From Octopus bimaculoides (taxonomy: Eukaryota): a stretch of DNA of 51,417 nucleotides. The DNA lies in the NCBI RefSeq assembly GCF_001194135.2, contig NC_068993.1, forward strand, positions 9,042,153 to 9,093,569, read 5' to 3'. Both the position numbers and the translations under genes were made by a program. This document shows positions 36,701-50,400 of the stretch, piece by piece; position 1 is the first letter of the stretch, and each line of letters opens with the position of its first letter. A model generated the notes under the pieces. That model was not told the origin of the DNA. It did not search any database and saw only the letters and a program-made list of their open reading frames with translations.

Positions 36701-38883
36701 CGAGCTCTCCTCGCTCGTGAGTTTCTTGCCAAAATCAACATGGTATCACTTCCGCATCTGCCCTATCCACAGGATTTATCCCCTGTGGACCTCCATCTCT
36801 TCCCCAAGATGAAAATGCAGCTCAAAGGTCACCTCTTAACACTGTTGTCAAGATCCAGACTTGCTTTTGGAAAAACCACTTCTAGGCTAGATTCCAAAAG
36901 TGACAGGAATGCTGGGACTGATGTATTGCCCTATGAGGTGACTTTTTCAAAAGAAATGATGTTAAAACTTTGATAAATAAGTTATTTTTTATTAAACATA
37001 AGCAGTCTTGGAACTTTATGATACCACCTTGTGTGTGTGTGTGTGTGTGTAGTCTCGAACAATTTCTGTGAGTTTGTTTTTGATATTGTAGGTTCTGGTG
37101 AAGTAAATAAAGTTACTAAAGCACAAGAAGATTTACTTCATTCATTTCGTTCCAACACCTCAGCATGTCTTGTTTGTATTGAATCTATTAAGAAGACAGA
37201 TGCTGTAAGTTCTTTTTTTTTGTTGTTTATTGGTATTTTTTATTTGTTAATGATATCCACAAATTCTCTCACAATGAGTGTTGTTATAGTAGTAATATAG
37301 TCTCAGGCCAACACAGTTGAGCAAACTTAGGATCAAAGACATTCCATCCTAATGTGTCCTTTCCATATTTAAGAGGAAAAGAACTAATCAAAGATTTAGC
37401 TGTTATTTCTAGCAACTCATGTGACCACCTACAGGCTCCCTCATTTGCTCAGCAGTTCTCTTAGGCAAGGATCAGTTTCTCTGTTTTCTCCAAGTTGAAA
37501 ATCAATGTTACTGACATTTCAGAGTCAATTTTACTAGTAAGAAAGGATAGGCGGCTTTAAAAGTACCTATTTCAATAAGTCATATGCAACTATATTAAAT
37601 ATCTAAAGGGAGTTGATTATAATTGTTTAAACTATTAATCTTTTATCTTTATAAATGAAGCCTTTTTAATATTGGTTTCAAATTTTGGCACATGGCCAGT
37701 AAGCTCAGGGGAGGGGATAAGTTGATTACATCAACCCCAGTGCTCGACTTATTTTATTGACCCCTAAAAGTTGAAAGGTAAAGTTAACCTCAGCAGAATG
37801 TGAAGACAGACGAAATGCAGCTAAGCATTTTTGCCTGGCTTGCTAATGATTCTGCTAGCTTGGCACCTTAAGCCTTTTCAATATTTATGTCTGTCAAAAG
37901 TGCTCCACACTGAAGAGCAATTTAATAGTCTGAAAAGAATAAAACAATTGTTATTAAAATCTATTCAAAATTAAATCATTCGTCTTTATAAACATTTTTT
38001 TATTACCACTTTTATTAATCATTTAAAATCAAATATCCCTGTTTGATGTTGCTTCAAATTAATAACAAGGAATCTTAATATATATCATTTGTCTATATTG
38101 TGTTAACTCAGATGTGAAAGGCAACTGTTTGTTTTGACTTATCATCTGTGGTAGCTTTTTTTTTTTTTTTTTTCCTTCCTTACATTAATCTGGATAAAGA
38201 TGCATAGCATATTGTTTTGGAAGTTGAATTCACAATCATTAGGTTACAGGTTCAATTCTCAAGCTTTAAGCATAGTACTTCATTTCACAGTACCCTGCAA
38301 CTGACTGCTATCCCATTTTGGAAGTAGTCCTGTATTCTCAACCAGAGAAAATATATAGTTGTCATTATTTCACTTCATCATTAAAATTATCAATCAATAA
38401 TTTTGAAGTCGGATGTTTTCTTATTTTTCTGAAATCTCTTATATTCACAATGTTACATTGCACAATTGTTCTATTGTCTTTCCTTTATAGATTTGGTGTT
38501 GCCAAGGATGTTATTGCATATTTCACATTCAGTGTATCCAAAAGTGGGTACGCGAAGGTGTTCATCAACAAAACTTAAAACAAGAAAATGTTGAAGAAAT
38601 GGATATTCCTTGGTATTGGTAGGTGTCCTAATCATAATTTTATTATTATTATTATTATTTTAAACAGCTTCAGTGCCTTGTAAATGGATATGAGTGGAAA
38701 CTATGTAGAATCTGTGTGTGTGTGTGTGCATGTGCGTATGCAGGCATGGCTGTTTGGTTAAGAAGTTTGCTTCCCAGACACATGGTTCTGGATTTAGTCC
38801 TACTGCAGAACTAGTGTCTTCTACTACAGCCTTGGACCAACTAAACTTTATGGGTAAATTTGATGTAGGGAAATTAAAATAAG

Positions 38884-38922
<39 letters not shown>

Positions 38923-41420
38923 NNNNNNNNNNATATATATATATATATATATATATATATCATGGAAAAACGTGATGGAATACAAAAGAACAAATATTGA
39001 AATTATTTGATGGTGATGGTGCCACGTAAAAAGAACTGGTGATGGTGCCATGTAAAAAGTATCCAGCACACTCTAAAATAGTTGGCATTAGATAGGGCAT
39101 CCAGCTGTAGAAACCGAACCAAAACAGACCAAGAATGAGATGGTTGGATAGTATCCATAATCTCCATTGGTCATACTTGAGAATCTAGCTGGAAAGTGTA
39201 ATGACAGTTGCTACTGATAGGACCCTATGGGGGTGGTGCCTGAGACTGTGCCTTTATGACTCTCTCAGGCACAGTGAACAGAGGAAATGGATGGAAGTTA
39301 TTAATTTTTAAATCTTCAAATGAAAATTTCTCTTGTTTATCATAGAAAAGTTTTCATAATTTCTATTTAAGATAGAAATACATGTTTAAAAAAATGAGGT
39401 TTCCTTTTTCTCTTCTAGCCCAAAATGCAGATTCGAATATAAACAAAAAGACTGTCCTGTTCGTTATAAATGTTTTTGCGGTCAAGTCGAAGACCCACGT
39501 TTTGATCCATGGTTAGTACCACATTCTTGTGGACAGACATGTGGGAAACAACTAATACCCCTCTGTGGACATTGTTGTTTATTACTCTGCCATCCAGGTA
39601 AGTTAACATATTACATATCTGCTAAAGCCATTTTCAATCTTTACTAAATATACACTCACTGATTACTAGGAAAAATTTCCTTAAACTTTCAACAGCAACA
39701 ATAATAATAATGCTTCAAACAGTTTGCTTCTATACTTACTTGTGTAACAATTAAAATTATGCAATAATATGTTGAAAAAAACTAGTTTCTTTTTTAAAAT
39801 AAAGTGCAAAATCTTTTTTTTTTTTTTTTTTGTAAATTCATGGTATTCCCTCCTTCCCATTTAAAAAAAAACAACTTTCTATTTGGTAGTAATGTTAAAT
39901 TTTAGTTAATACAGTTCTATATTTAAGAGATGAGGAATTATTTACATTATTTACATTTGACGGATATTTGTCCTCATCTTGTTTGTTGTTAACACAACGT
40001 TTCGGCTGATATACCCTCCAGCCTTCGTCATATGGCATAGTGGTTAAGAGCGTGGGCTACTAACCCCAAGATTCCGAGTTCGATTCACGGCAGCGACCTG
40101 ATTAATAATAGTAATAATAATAATAATATAATAATAGTAACATCGTAAGGAATGAGAACCCAGGTTCGAAATTTCCTCAAGACACCTGACGAAGGCTGGA
40201 GGGTATATCAGCCGAAACGTGTTAACAACAAACAAGATGAGGACAAATATCCATCAAATGTAAATAATGTAAATAATGTTAAATTTTAGTATTGTTTAAA
40301 TGTATTATATATTTTATACTATTCTTTGTCACTGGATTATATTCAGGTCCTTGCCCTCCTTGTCCTAAAATATTGAAAGCTCTCTGCCATTGCCAACAGT
40401 CTCCAGCAAAAATGCGACGCTGCTCTGACAAAGTATGGTCATGTGGGCAGCCTTGTAGACGTCTTTTACTCTGTCAACAACACTATTGTCAACAGGCATG
40501 TCATGAAGGTAGGCAGATATATTTATCGAATTTCTGTAAATTTCACATATTAAAATAACATTTCACAAACAAATGGATTTCATAATAATTCATAATAATT
40601 CACATTGTTTTTTTTTCTCTGTTCACATTTTTTATAGGATCACATTGGTGGGATGGCATTATTTTTTTTTTTAGTTGGAGCAATTGTTTTTTCAGTTGGA
40701 TGTTTGGATGGTTATCTTTCAGCTAATAACTGAACTGTAAAGAAAGAATAAAACATGATTTTATTGATTAATCAGTTACAATATTTACACAGGACACAAT
40801 ACAATGATGTTTTGAACTCTGAAGAACTTACAGAGATATTATATATACACACACATATTCTATGGTTACAGAGAAATTATAATTCCTCTTGCCTCATTAT
40901 ACTTCAATAATAAAAATAACAAAACAAGGAAGCTCGACATATGCTATGTAGAATTAATGCATCAGTATGTAGTTATTTGTAAACCATTTCATGTAGTTGG
41001 TAATAAAAATATCTAATTTTACTTATAATTCTTTATACTTCTAGGGGACTGTCCACCATGTCCTAAAACCAGTCAGCAGAAATGCCAGTGTGGTCAGGAG
41101 ACTGATATTCGACCTTGTGCTGCCCCACAGTGGCAATGTGGAAAGGTAAACTGAGGCATAAGATTGTTGTTGTTGTTGCTGCTGCTGTGGCAGCGACAGT
41201 TGTAGTATGTGGGGGAAACTAGATTTGTTGATTTTTGCCTTTCATCCTTTGAGGGTTTGATGAAATAAGTACCAGCCACATATCAAGAACAATTCAATTG
41301 ATTATAGCTGTCTCTACTGCAAACTTTATTTTTTATTCTTATTCAAATTATCTGCTAGTTCAAGCTGACATAGCAGAGAATATTAAATTCATGAAAATAG
41401 AAAACAATTAGGTCCAAACA

Positions 41421-41451
<31 letters not shown>

Positions 41452-44400
41452 TACATATATACACATACACATTTGTAGTTATGCATGGGAGAAGGAATGA
41501 GTTAAGGGAAGGAGTACTCAATACACAGTGCGGTGTTTAATTGGAAGAAGCTGATAATTCACTTCGACGGTACTTAGAGTTTCTCTCTATCTGCAATTAT
41601 ATATATATATATATATATATAGTACTGGCAGAATTGTTAGCAGTCCTCAGTCAAATCATTCAACTCATGCCAGCATGGAAAGCGGACGTTAAACGACGAT
41701 GATGATAATGATATATATAATTTATTTTTAAAAGGTTTTAGAAATCGCATGAACTGAAAAGAAGGATAACAATTATGACAAAAAAATGTTTCCTTCTTGT
41801 ACTTTTTGAATCAATGTTATATAGATTATCTAAGGTAGACTTGTTTACCTACATAAAGATTATTCCTATCTGAACCTGTTGAATGCCTTTGCAATCATCT
41901 TTTAGAGACCGACAGGTGTTTTTCTATTAATGGATTTTTACATGAATGGACTCAGCTTAACTTTTCTAGTCTAAGGAAACATAGATTACATATTTTGAAC
42001 ATCTGCTTCTTTGATAAATTTTCCTAACTCTAATCTAAATACGAGGCAAACTTTTATATTTTTTAACTGTATAACACAGTAGCACTGGGGAGGTAGGGAT
42101 ATCATTGGCATGAGCATCATCAAGAAAGTGTTCAATGAGATAAATTATGGTGTTCAGTAAAATTTGTTTCTGTTCTGAATTCAAATCTTACTCCACTCCA
42201 TTTTGCCTTTTTATTGTTCTACGATCAATAAAATAAGACACCGAATAAAAAAACAATTCATTTTGAACTGTGACTAATGGTTAAAGTTCAAGTTTCTTTA
42301 TTTGTTTTTTGACATGTAATTTCAAATTGATAGAAACTGAAGTATTTTGATAAATCCAAATTGATGTGGGTTGAGTCTTGTTCTAAAATTTAAAAGAATT
42401 TAAATTGAAAAAAATATTTCAATGATTGTTTATATCTTTACTACAGACTTGTGGGAAATTGCTTAAATGTGGCCATCACACCTGTGAACAAGTGTGCCAT
42501 GCTGAAGCTTGTGGGGACTGCCCAAGAAGTGGCTTGCGAAAATGTCCCTGTGGAAAAATGTGTAAGTTTTCAGAATAGGGAAAATTGTACTGTGGCACTC
42601 CTCAATTAAAAGATACCATTATACAGAATATTATTGTTGTAGTTGTTGTTAAGGCGGTGAGCTGGCAGAATCGTTAGCATGCCGGGCAAAATGCTTAGCA
42701 GCATTTCGTCTGTCTTTACGATCTGGGTTCAAATTCCGCCATGGTCAACTTTGTCTTTCATCCTTTTGGGGCCGATAAATTAAGTACGAGCAAAAATGCT
42801 GGAGTCAATGCAATCAACTAGTCCCCCTACCACCACCAATAAATAAATAAATAAATTTTCAGGCCTTGCACCTTCTGTAGAAAGAATTATTGTTGTCATT
42901 GAATTTTCAGTTTAAGATTTGAAATTACTACAAACTCTGTACTTTCTGATTTTGAAATTAAATGAATTTTAAAATATCTAAAGCAAGCATCCTTCTAACA
43001 ATTTATGGTTCAGTTTTTCACTCTTTCAACTTCACAATGTTTGTCAATNNNNNNNNNNNNNNNNNNNNNNNNNNNNNNNNNNNNNNNNNNNNNNNNNNNN
43101 NNNNNNNNNNNNNNNNNNNNNNNNNNNNNNNNNNNNNNNNNNNNNNNNNNNNNNNNNNNNNNNNNNNNNNNNNNNNNNNNNNNNNNNNNNNNNNNNNNNN
43201 NNNNNNNNNNNNNNNNNNNNNNNNNNNNNNNNNNNNNNNNNNNNNNNNNNNNNNNNNNNNNNNNNNNNNNNTAATCTTTTAAAATCTATACTTTTTTTAA
43301 AAAATCAAATAACAATAAATGCATTAATAGTTGTACTTCAGTTTTATTACTTCCAGATATCTTGTCATACGTAGGAATTAATTATAAATTTATATTTCTT
43401 TCTGTTGAGTAATCTTTGTATACCAATTAAAAAATCAGTAATACTAGTTTTAATATTTCATGTATTCTAAGGCAGCAATCTGGTGGAATCAACAGCATGC
43501 AGGGCAAAATAATTAGCGGCATTTCATCTGTCTTTATGATCTAAGTTCAAATTCCACTGAAGTCAATTTTGACTTTCATCCTTTCAGAGTCAATAAAATA
43601 AGTACCAGTTGAACACTGGGGTCAATATATTCGATTAACCCCACTCCCCCAAAATTACTGGCCTTGTGCCAAAATTTGAAACCAGTATTTCATGTATTCA
43701 AAGGTAGTGATATTTAGATTCTGTAGAATGTTGGACAAGACATCTTGCAGTATTTTGTTGCTTTCTAAAACCTATCAAGTACTCAAGTTGATATGATTGA
43801 TTGATCATTCCTTGTTCCTTCCATTCAACATAAAAGGCCTTGTGCTTGAGTTTGAAATCACAATTTTAGAAATTCATAAAACCAGCATAATGAATCTTTG
43901 TAGGATAAAACAATATCCTACATACTTTAGTCAGCGTGAATGAAGACGAGTATAAAACTATTTTCACAATTACATGATTGGCGTAGTAGGAACAAGTGCC
44001 TATAACATATGTCACACAGATTTCTAAATTTGCAAAACTTGTTGTCAACACCATAAGAAAGACAAGTTTTTAACATATTGCTGTTTAATACTGTCTTATT
44101 GAACATCTGGTAAATGTAATAATATACAATAATTTTGTAATTAATTTCATGCTACAGTGCAGTTTTAAATTATCAAATTTACTTTTATATTATTTCTAAA
44201 ACTAGTGATTCTTATTTTTTTAAATGAAGGATTTGCTCTCTGCTAGAAAGTTTAATTACTTCTAAAACATCAGCGAGTAGTTCTGCTTTATTTTTTCTGA
44301 TATAAAACCAGAAGTAAAAGTATCAAAAAGAAAATAACGAGCAGAAATATAATTAGAAGTTGCTTTTTAGAATATGTTAACTCGAGAGGGTTAGATGCAT

Positions 44401-47400
44401 TACTAGAATAATTATTTTATGAGATGTATGCTAATCTAAATCTAGTTAATTTTTTAATTTGTTTGATGTTGCATCCAAATTTAATTTTCATCCTTGATGC
44501 AAATTGTTATTTCAGTGTCGTCAAACAATAGTGAAAAAATGTCGTTGTGCGCAAAGGAGAAAAGAAGTGCCTTGCTGCAAAGACTACATTTGTGACATGA
44601 AATGTCAGAAGATGAGAGATTGTAGGCGACATCAGTGCAAACGAAAGGTGAATAATTTCATAGATATTTCCTGTATTGTCATCTCTGCTATAAGTTAATT
44701 GTGGAGTTAGAAGTCATATTTTACTCCACTGTATCAAGTAGTACAACTATGTATTTCTATTATTTTATCAGTGTCATGATGTTAGATATTGAAAAACTAT
44801 TTGGTTCAAGTAATTGGTTCAACGTCTGAGACCCCCTTCGGTCACGAATGACCATGGGATTGCGCCTTGAAAGTTACCCTCTGAGGCACAAGTCTGGGCA
44901 AGGTTGCTTATGGAAGACCAGCAGTCACCCATGCATACCAACTCTCCTCTTCTTGCCACCAATGTTATCCAAGGGAAAGGCAAAGGGGCCAATACAGCTT
45001 GGCACCAGTGACGTCGCAACTCATTTCTACAGCTGAGTGAACTGGAGCAATGTGAAATAAAGTGTCTTGCTCAAGAACACAACATGCAGCCCAGTCCCGG
45101 ATTCAAACTCCCAACCTCACGGTCATAAGTTTGACGCTTTAACCACTGAGCCATGCGCCTTCACTAGGTTCAACATGCATATATTATTATTCATACACTA
45201 CTTGAAGATCAAAAGATGGCTTTTAGTTTTGTTGCACTTGTTATCTTTAAACAAAACCAAACTAATGCATATCAGCTATCAGGGCATGAGTGATAAAAAA
45301 ATATCCTTCTTGAGACTTCAGTGATGTAATCATTCCTTTGGTATAGTTCTTAATATTTGTAAGATAAACATGCAGCCCATGCTACAGCTATATGTCTCTT
45401 GTCTTATTTTTTTTTTAATCTTAGTGTTGTGATGGCAGATGCCCAATTTGTGAACAAGTGTGTGGTAGATCTTTATCATGTCGAAATCACAAGTGCTCAA
45501 GTAAATGTCACCAAGGTAAGTTAACATAGTGAATTAGTACTAGTGTAAGAAACGATAGTTTCATGAATACTTTCTTGTTTGTTATGATGACTTTACTATT
45601 TCTGTATTTCACTGAAGTTTTGGATTTGCAGATAATGAGTGAATAGTAACATTTGTAGAGTATTACAGTTCTTGTATAGCAGCACAGAAACCACAGAAAG
45701 CAATGTTTGGTGGTGTAATGTTTAAATACATCGAATTATGTTAGACAGCTGAAGATGAGCAGGAAAGACATTCTCATATGTTTGTATACATCATCATCAT
45801 TGTTTAACGTCCGCTTTTCATGCTAGTACGGGTTGGACGATTTGACTGAGGACTGGTGGAGCAGGAGGCGACAGAAATCTGTTACTGTGATGTGTAAGTG
45901 TTGGGAATTGCTTAATGTATGCTAATATAGTAAACTGGGTGAAGACAGCAAGCTGGCAGAGTCATTAGCATGCCGAGCAAAATGCTTAGTGGCATTATGT
46001 CTGCCTGTATGTTCTGAATGTGGAGGCGCAATGGCCCAGTGGTTAGGGCAGCGGACTCGCGGTTTCGGTTCCCAGACCAGGCGTTGTGAGTGTTTATTGA
46101 GCGAAAACACCTAAAGCTCCACGAGGCTCCGGCAGGGGATGGTGGCAAACCCTGCTGTACTCTTTCACCACAACTTTCTCTCACTCTTACTTCCTGTTTC
46201 TGTTGTGCCTGTAATTCAAAGGGTAAGCCTTGTCACACTGTCACGCTGAATATCCCCGAGAACTACATTAAGGGTACACGTGTCTGTGGAGTGCTCAGCC
46301 ACTTGCACGTTAATTTCACGAGCAGGCTGTTCCGTTGATCGGATCAACTGGAACCCTCGACGTCATAAGCGACGGAGTGCCAACAACAACAATGTTCTGA
46401 GTTCAAATTGAGCTGAGATCGACTTTGCCTTTCATCCTTTTGGGGTTGAACACTGGAGTCGTAATCGACTTAACCCCTCCCCCAAACTTGCTGGCCTTGT
46501 GCCAAAATTTGAAACTAATATAGTAAACTGAGTGATTGTGGTTGGCTGAATTGGCCATGTACTGAAGAACAATCAGCAGTTTATTTCTTGTCAACAGCAA
46601 CAGCAATGAATCAAATACTTCAACCCATTTATATTAACAAATTAGTACCATAGCATAGAAACAACTGTTAATGATTAGACTGCAAAACTGAGTTTGTTTG
46701 TCGGCTTACAGCACCAAGTACTACTTTTCCAATGCTTTTGGAGAGAGTAATAGTAAAGAACCATTCCAGTACTTGAACATTTTTTATTGATATTCATTTT
46801 TTTAAAAAACATTTTTAACATTGTTTTTTTAATATTTACCTTAAACAGGACCATGTTATCCTTGTACCATGACTGTTGACAAATTCTGTTTCTGTAAATC
46901 TACCTACATCACTGTTCCATGTGGTCGGGAAAAAGTCATAAAACCACCAAAATGCAACCAAACATGCAAGTAAGTTATTTCGCAATACTCACATCTCTCT
47001 TTACTCTTTTACTTGTTTCAGTCATTTGACTGCAGCCATGCTGGAGCACCGCCTTTAGTTGAGCAAATCGACCCCGGGACTTATTCTTTGTAAGCCTAGT
47101 ACTTATTCTATCGGTCTCTTTTACTGAACCGCTAAGTTACGGGGACAGAAACACACCAGCATCGGTTGTCAAGCAATGCTAGGGGGACAAACACAGACAC
47201 ATATATATACATATATACGACAGGCTTCTTTCAGTTTCCATGTACCAAATCCACTCACAAGGCTTTGGTCGGCCCGAGGCTATAGTAGAAGACACTTGCC
47301 CAAGATACCACGCAGTGGGACTGAACCCAGAACCATGTGGTTGGTGAGCAAGCTACTTACCACACAGCCACTCCTGCGCCTAAAGAAACATCTGTTTCTT

Positions 47401-50400
47401 TTTTTCATCTTCTTTAGCCCTGCATTCCCTCAGTTCAAATACTGATAGGGTTAACATATTTTCTCTGAGTTTGATAAAATGAGAAATATGCAGGAGATGA
47501 TTCAGTGTCCCCTTTCTAGTAAAAATCAATCTTTTGCATTATCAAAAGAAATCATGATTACTACTGCTGCCACAGTCTCATGTTTAAAAATCCCTGCAAT
47601 AAAGGAACTCCACCAGCAAACAAAGCTTGCAAAGTAAAAGGCAGAAATTTGACATTCCAAACAACACCCTGTCAGATTTTTTTTTTTCTGACAGCACACT
47701 AAATTACTTAACTTATAAAAAAAAAAAGTTTACAACTTGGTTCCAGTTCCATATTAGAATTTCTTTTTTTTTTTATATCCCTTAATAGCTTTAAGGGAAG
47801 GCATGAATGTCTCTACAATGTAAAAATTAAATTGCTGTTAATTTATGTAATCTCAAGCTAGCATTTCTGTCATTTGTGCCTTGAAATTTTCTTTTTCTTT
47901 TTCGAAAGGGTTCCATCTGATTGCCACCATCCTGACCGTAAGCCACACCGATGTCATTTTGGTGACTGTCCACCTTGTAAGAATGTTTGTAACAACCAAC
48001 TACCTAACTGTTCCCATTTCTGTCCAATGCTATGCCATGATGCTGTCAAGGTTAAGAAACCAATCAACCCAGTACGTATAAAATACTATGACCGACTTTA
48101 GTAACTGTAATGTGGTATAATTCATGACCTTTCTGTGTGTATAATAGGATGAGGTTGATGAGAATGGGGTAGAGTGGAGCAAGATGTTTGAATAGTTGAC
48201 AAGGTGTTTGTGGTGAGCATATGTGTGTATATATAGACAATAAAATGAGACTGATTGTCTTTGATAGAAGGGTCATACTTGAATGAAAGGAGGAGAACTA
48301 GGGAGCAACTATGTTTGTGCATGAGCAAATAAAAAAGGAAAGTGAAATAGTGAGGGTATGAAAATGTGTAGAAAGTGAGTTAATGATGTTTGAAAGATAT
48401 TTAAGAAAGTAAGAGTGAAAGAGTTGCTTTCTTTGATATTCCTTCTCTTTTTTTCTTATAATCATTTTTTTTCTTTCTTCAAATCACCAGTTATTGTATT
48501 CCAATAAACATAAAATTGTGGACCAGTTTGAAAAAATAAAGAAACCATGCCCTCCTTGTCAAGTCATTGTGGAGCAAAAATGTCTTGGAAAACATGAAGT
48601 AAGCTTTTAATTAAGTTTATTGTGTCTTGATAGCGATATGTTTATATTCTTTTTATATATGTGTGTGTGTGTGTGTGTTGCATTAACTGCTTCCTAAACT
48701 GCAAAAGTTAGGCAGTTTTGTAAATTTGTGGACTTCACCTAGATTATATATGTATCTCATTGAACTTGTTCTGTACTTTAACCAACTTGACCTGTCCTCT
48801 AAACACTTAAAGCAAATTATAATAAGGTAAGTGTCTTGAATTAAAATATAAATCTGTTTGCAAACCCCAAGGATTATTCATGTGACTGTGCTTAGCTCTG
48901 GATCAGAGATAATTCTACTGGGCAGGAGACTGGTCTTTGTGTGTAACCTTCCCAGAAAATCCTAGCAGCTGTACTTTGGTAACACAATAATTAGAGCAGT
49001 GTAAATGTCAGAAACACCCACCAATGAGCAAAAAAAAAATCTAAAGTAGATTTGAACTCACATCTCATGAACCAGTGGTCCAGTATATTACCCATTAAGC
49101 TATTTTCCTGCCTCCTTAGGACTTAATGATTAAAAAAGCCAAAATCAATTAAGTTTCCAATAGCAATTATTTTGTATCGTTCAGCAGTCCATTATTATTT
49201 TGTGTACTTCATTCAGCCTTGTAAAATAGGTACTACTTTCATTTTACACATGAATGATTGATAACTTGAAAGTTACCAGATTTGTGGTGCCCCATTAAAT
49301 ACATTGTCTTTTGTAGCATATCTATCTCCTGAACTATGATTGTAATGAGCTTGCTGAATGATTTGAGCCCTACTCTGCAAAAATAGAAAACTAAATATAT
49401 ATAAGATGATATAAAATAAGAACAAACTCAAGTATCTTATTGTACAAACATATACAATCTCTGCTAGCTTGAAAAGCAAATTGAACATTAACTTTCAGGA
49501 TTGTGGTGCAGATATTTCCATTTTTTTTTTTCATATTTTTTCTTTTTCTGTTTTTTTTTTCTAACTTGCAGGTAAAGGAATTTGCTTGTTCAGCTGTTGT
49601 TCCGTATTCTTGTAAGAGGGCTTGCAACCGTTTACTTCCCTGTACCAATCATTTATGTGTCTTTGAATGCCATGAAGTTAAAAATGCTGCTGATGAGAAA
49701 AATGTAAGTTGTTAATTATAACTTATTTGTTGGGTTCTATTAGTTTTAGCTAATGCATTTAGTGGTGAAGGCACATGACTTAGGGGCTAGAGTTTTCGGC
49801 TCTCAACCATAAGGTCATGAGTTTGATACCCAACGGGCATGCTGTGTCCTGGAGGAAGATACTTTATTGTACATTACTCCAGTCCGTGGAGGCGTTGTGA
49901 GTGTTTATTGAGCGAAAACACCTAAAGCTCCACGATGCTCCGGCAGGGGATGGTGGCGAACCCTGCTGTACTCTTCCACCACAACTGTCTCTCTCTCTCA
50001 CTCTTACTTCCTGTTTCTGTTGTGCCTGTAATTCAAAGAGTCAGCCTTGTCACACTGTGTCATGCTGAATATCCCCGAGAACTACGTTAAGGGTACATGT
50101 GTCTGTGGATTGCTCAGCAAGTTTAGGAAGAAAATGATTATTTTTGATAATTTCTATTTCTTTCTAATTTCAGGCTGGATCCAATTGCTCAAAATGTGAA
50201 GAGGAATGTTCAAGACCACGACTTCCTGGCTGTAATCATGAGTGTTCATTACCATGTCATTCTGGTGACTGTCCACCATGTTCAGAGATAATTCGAATGC
50301 GCTGTCACTGTCGAAACATACTGAAATACATTCAGTGCTACAAATGGGCTACTGCTGATACAGAATCAAAATCTGTCTTAAAGTCTTGTGGACTTGATTG

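Noticed and set aside
40031-40100. tRNA-like sequence (also SINE heads at about 45090-45166 and 46021-46080)
   Set aside because: No acceptor stem or complete cloverleaf; these are SINE Pol III heads, not tRNA genes.
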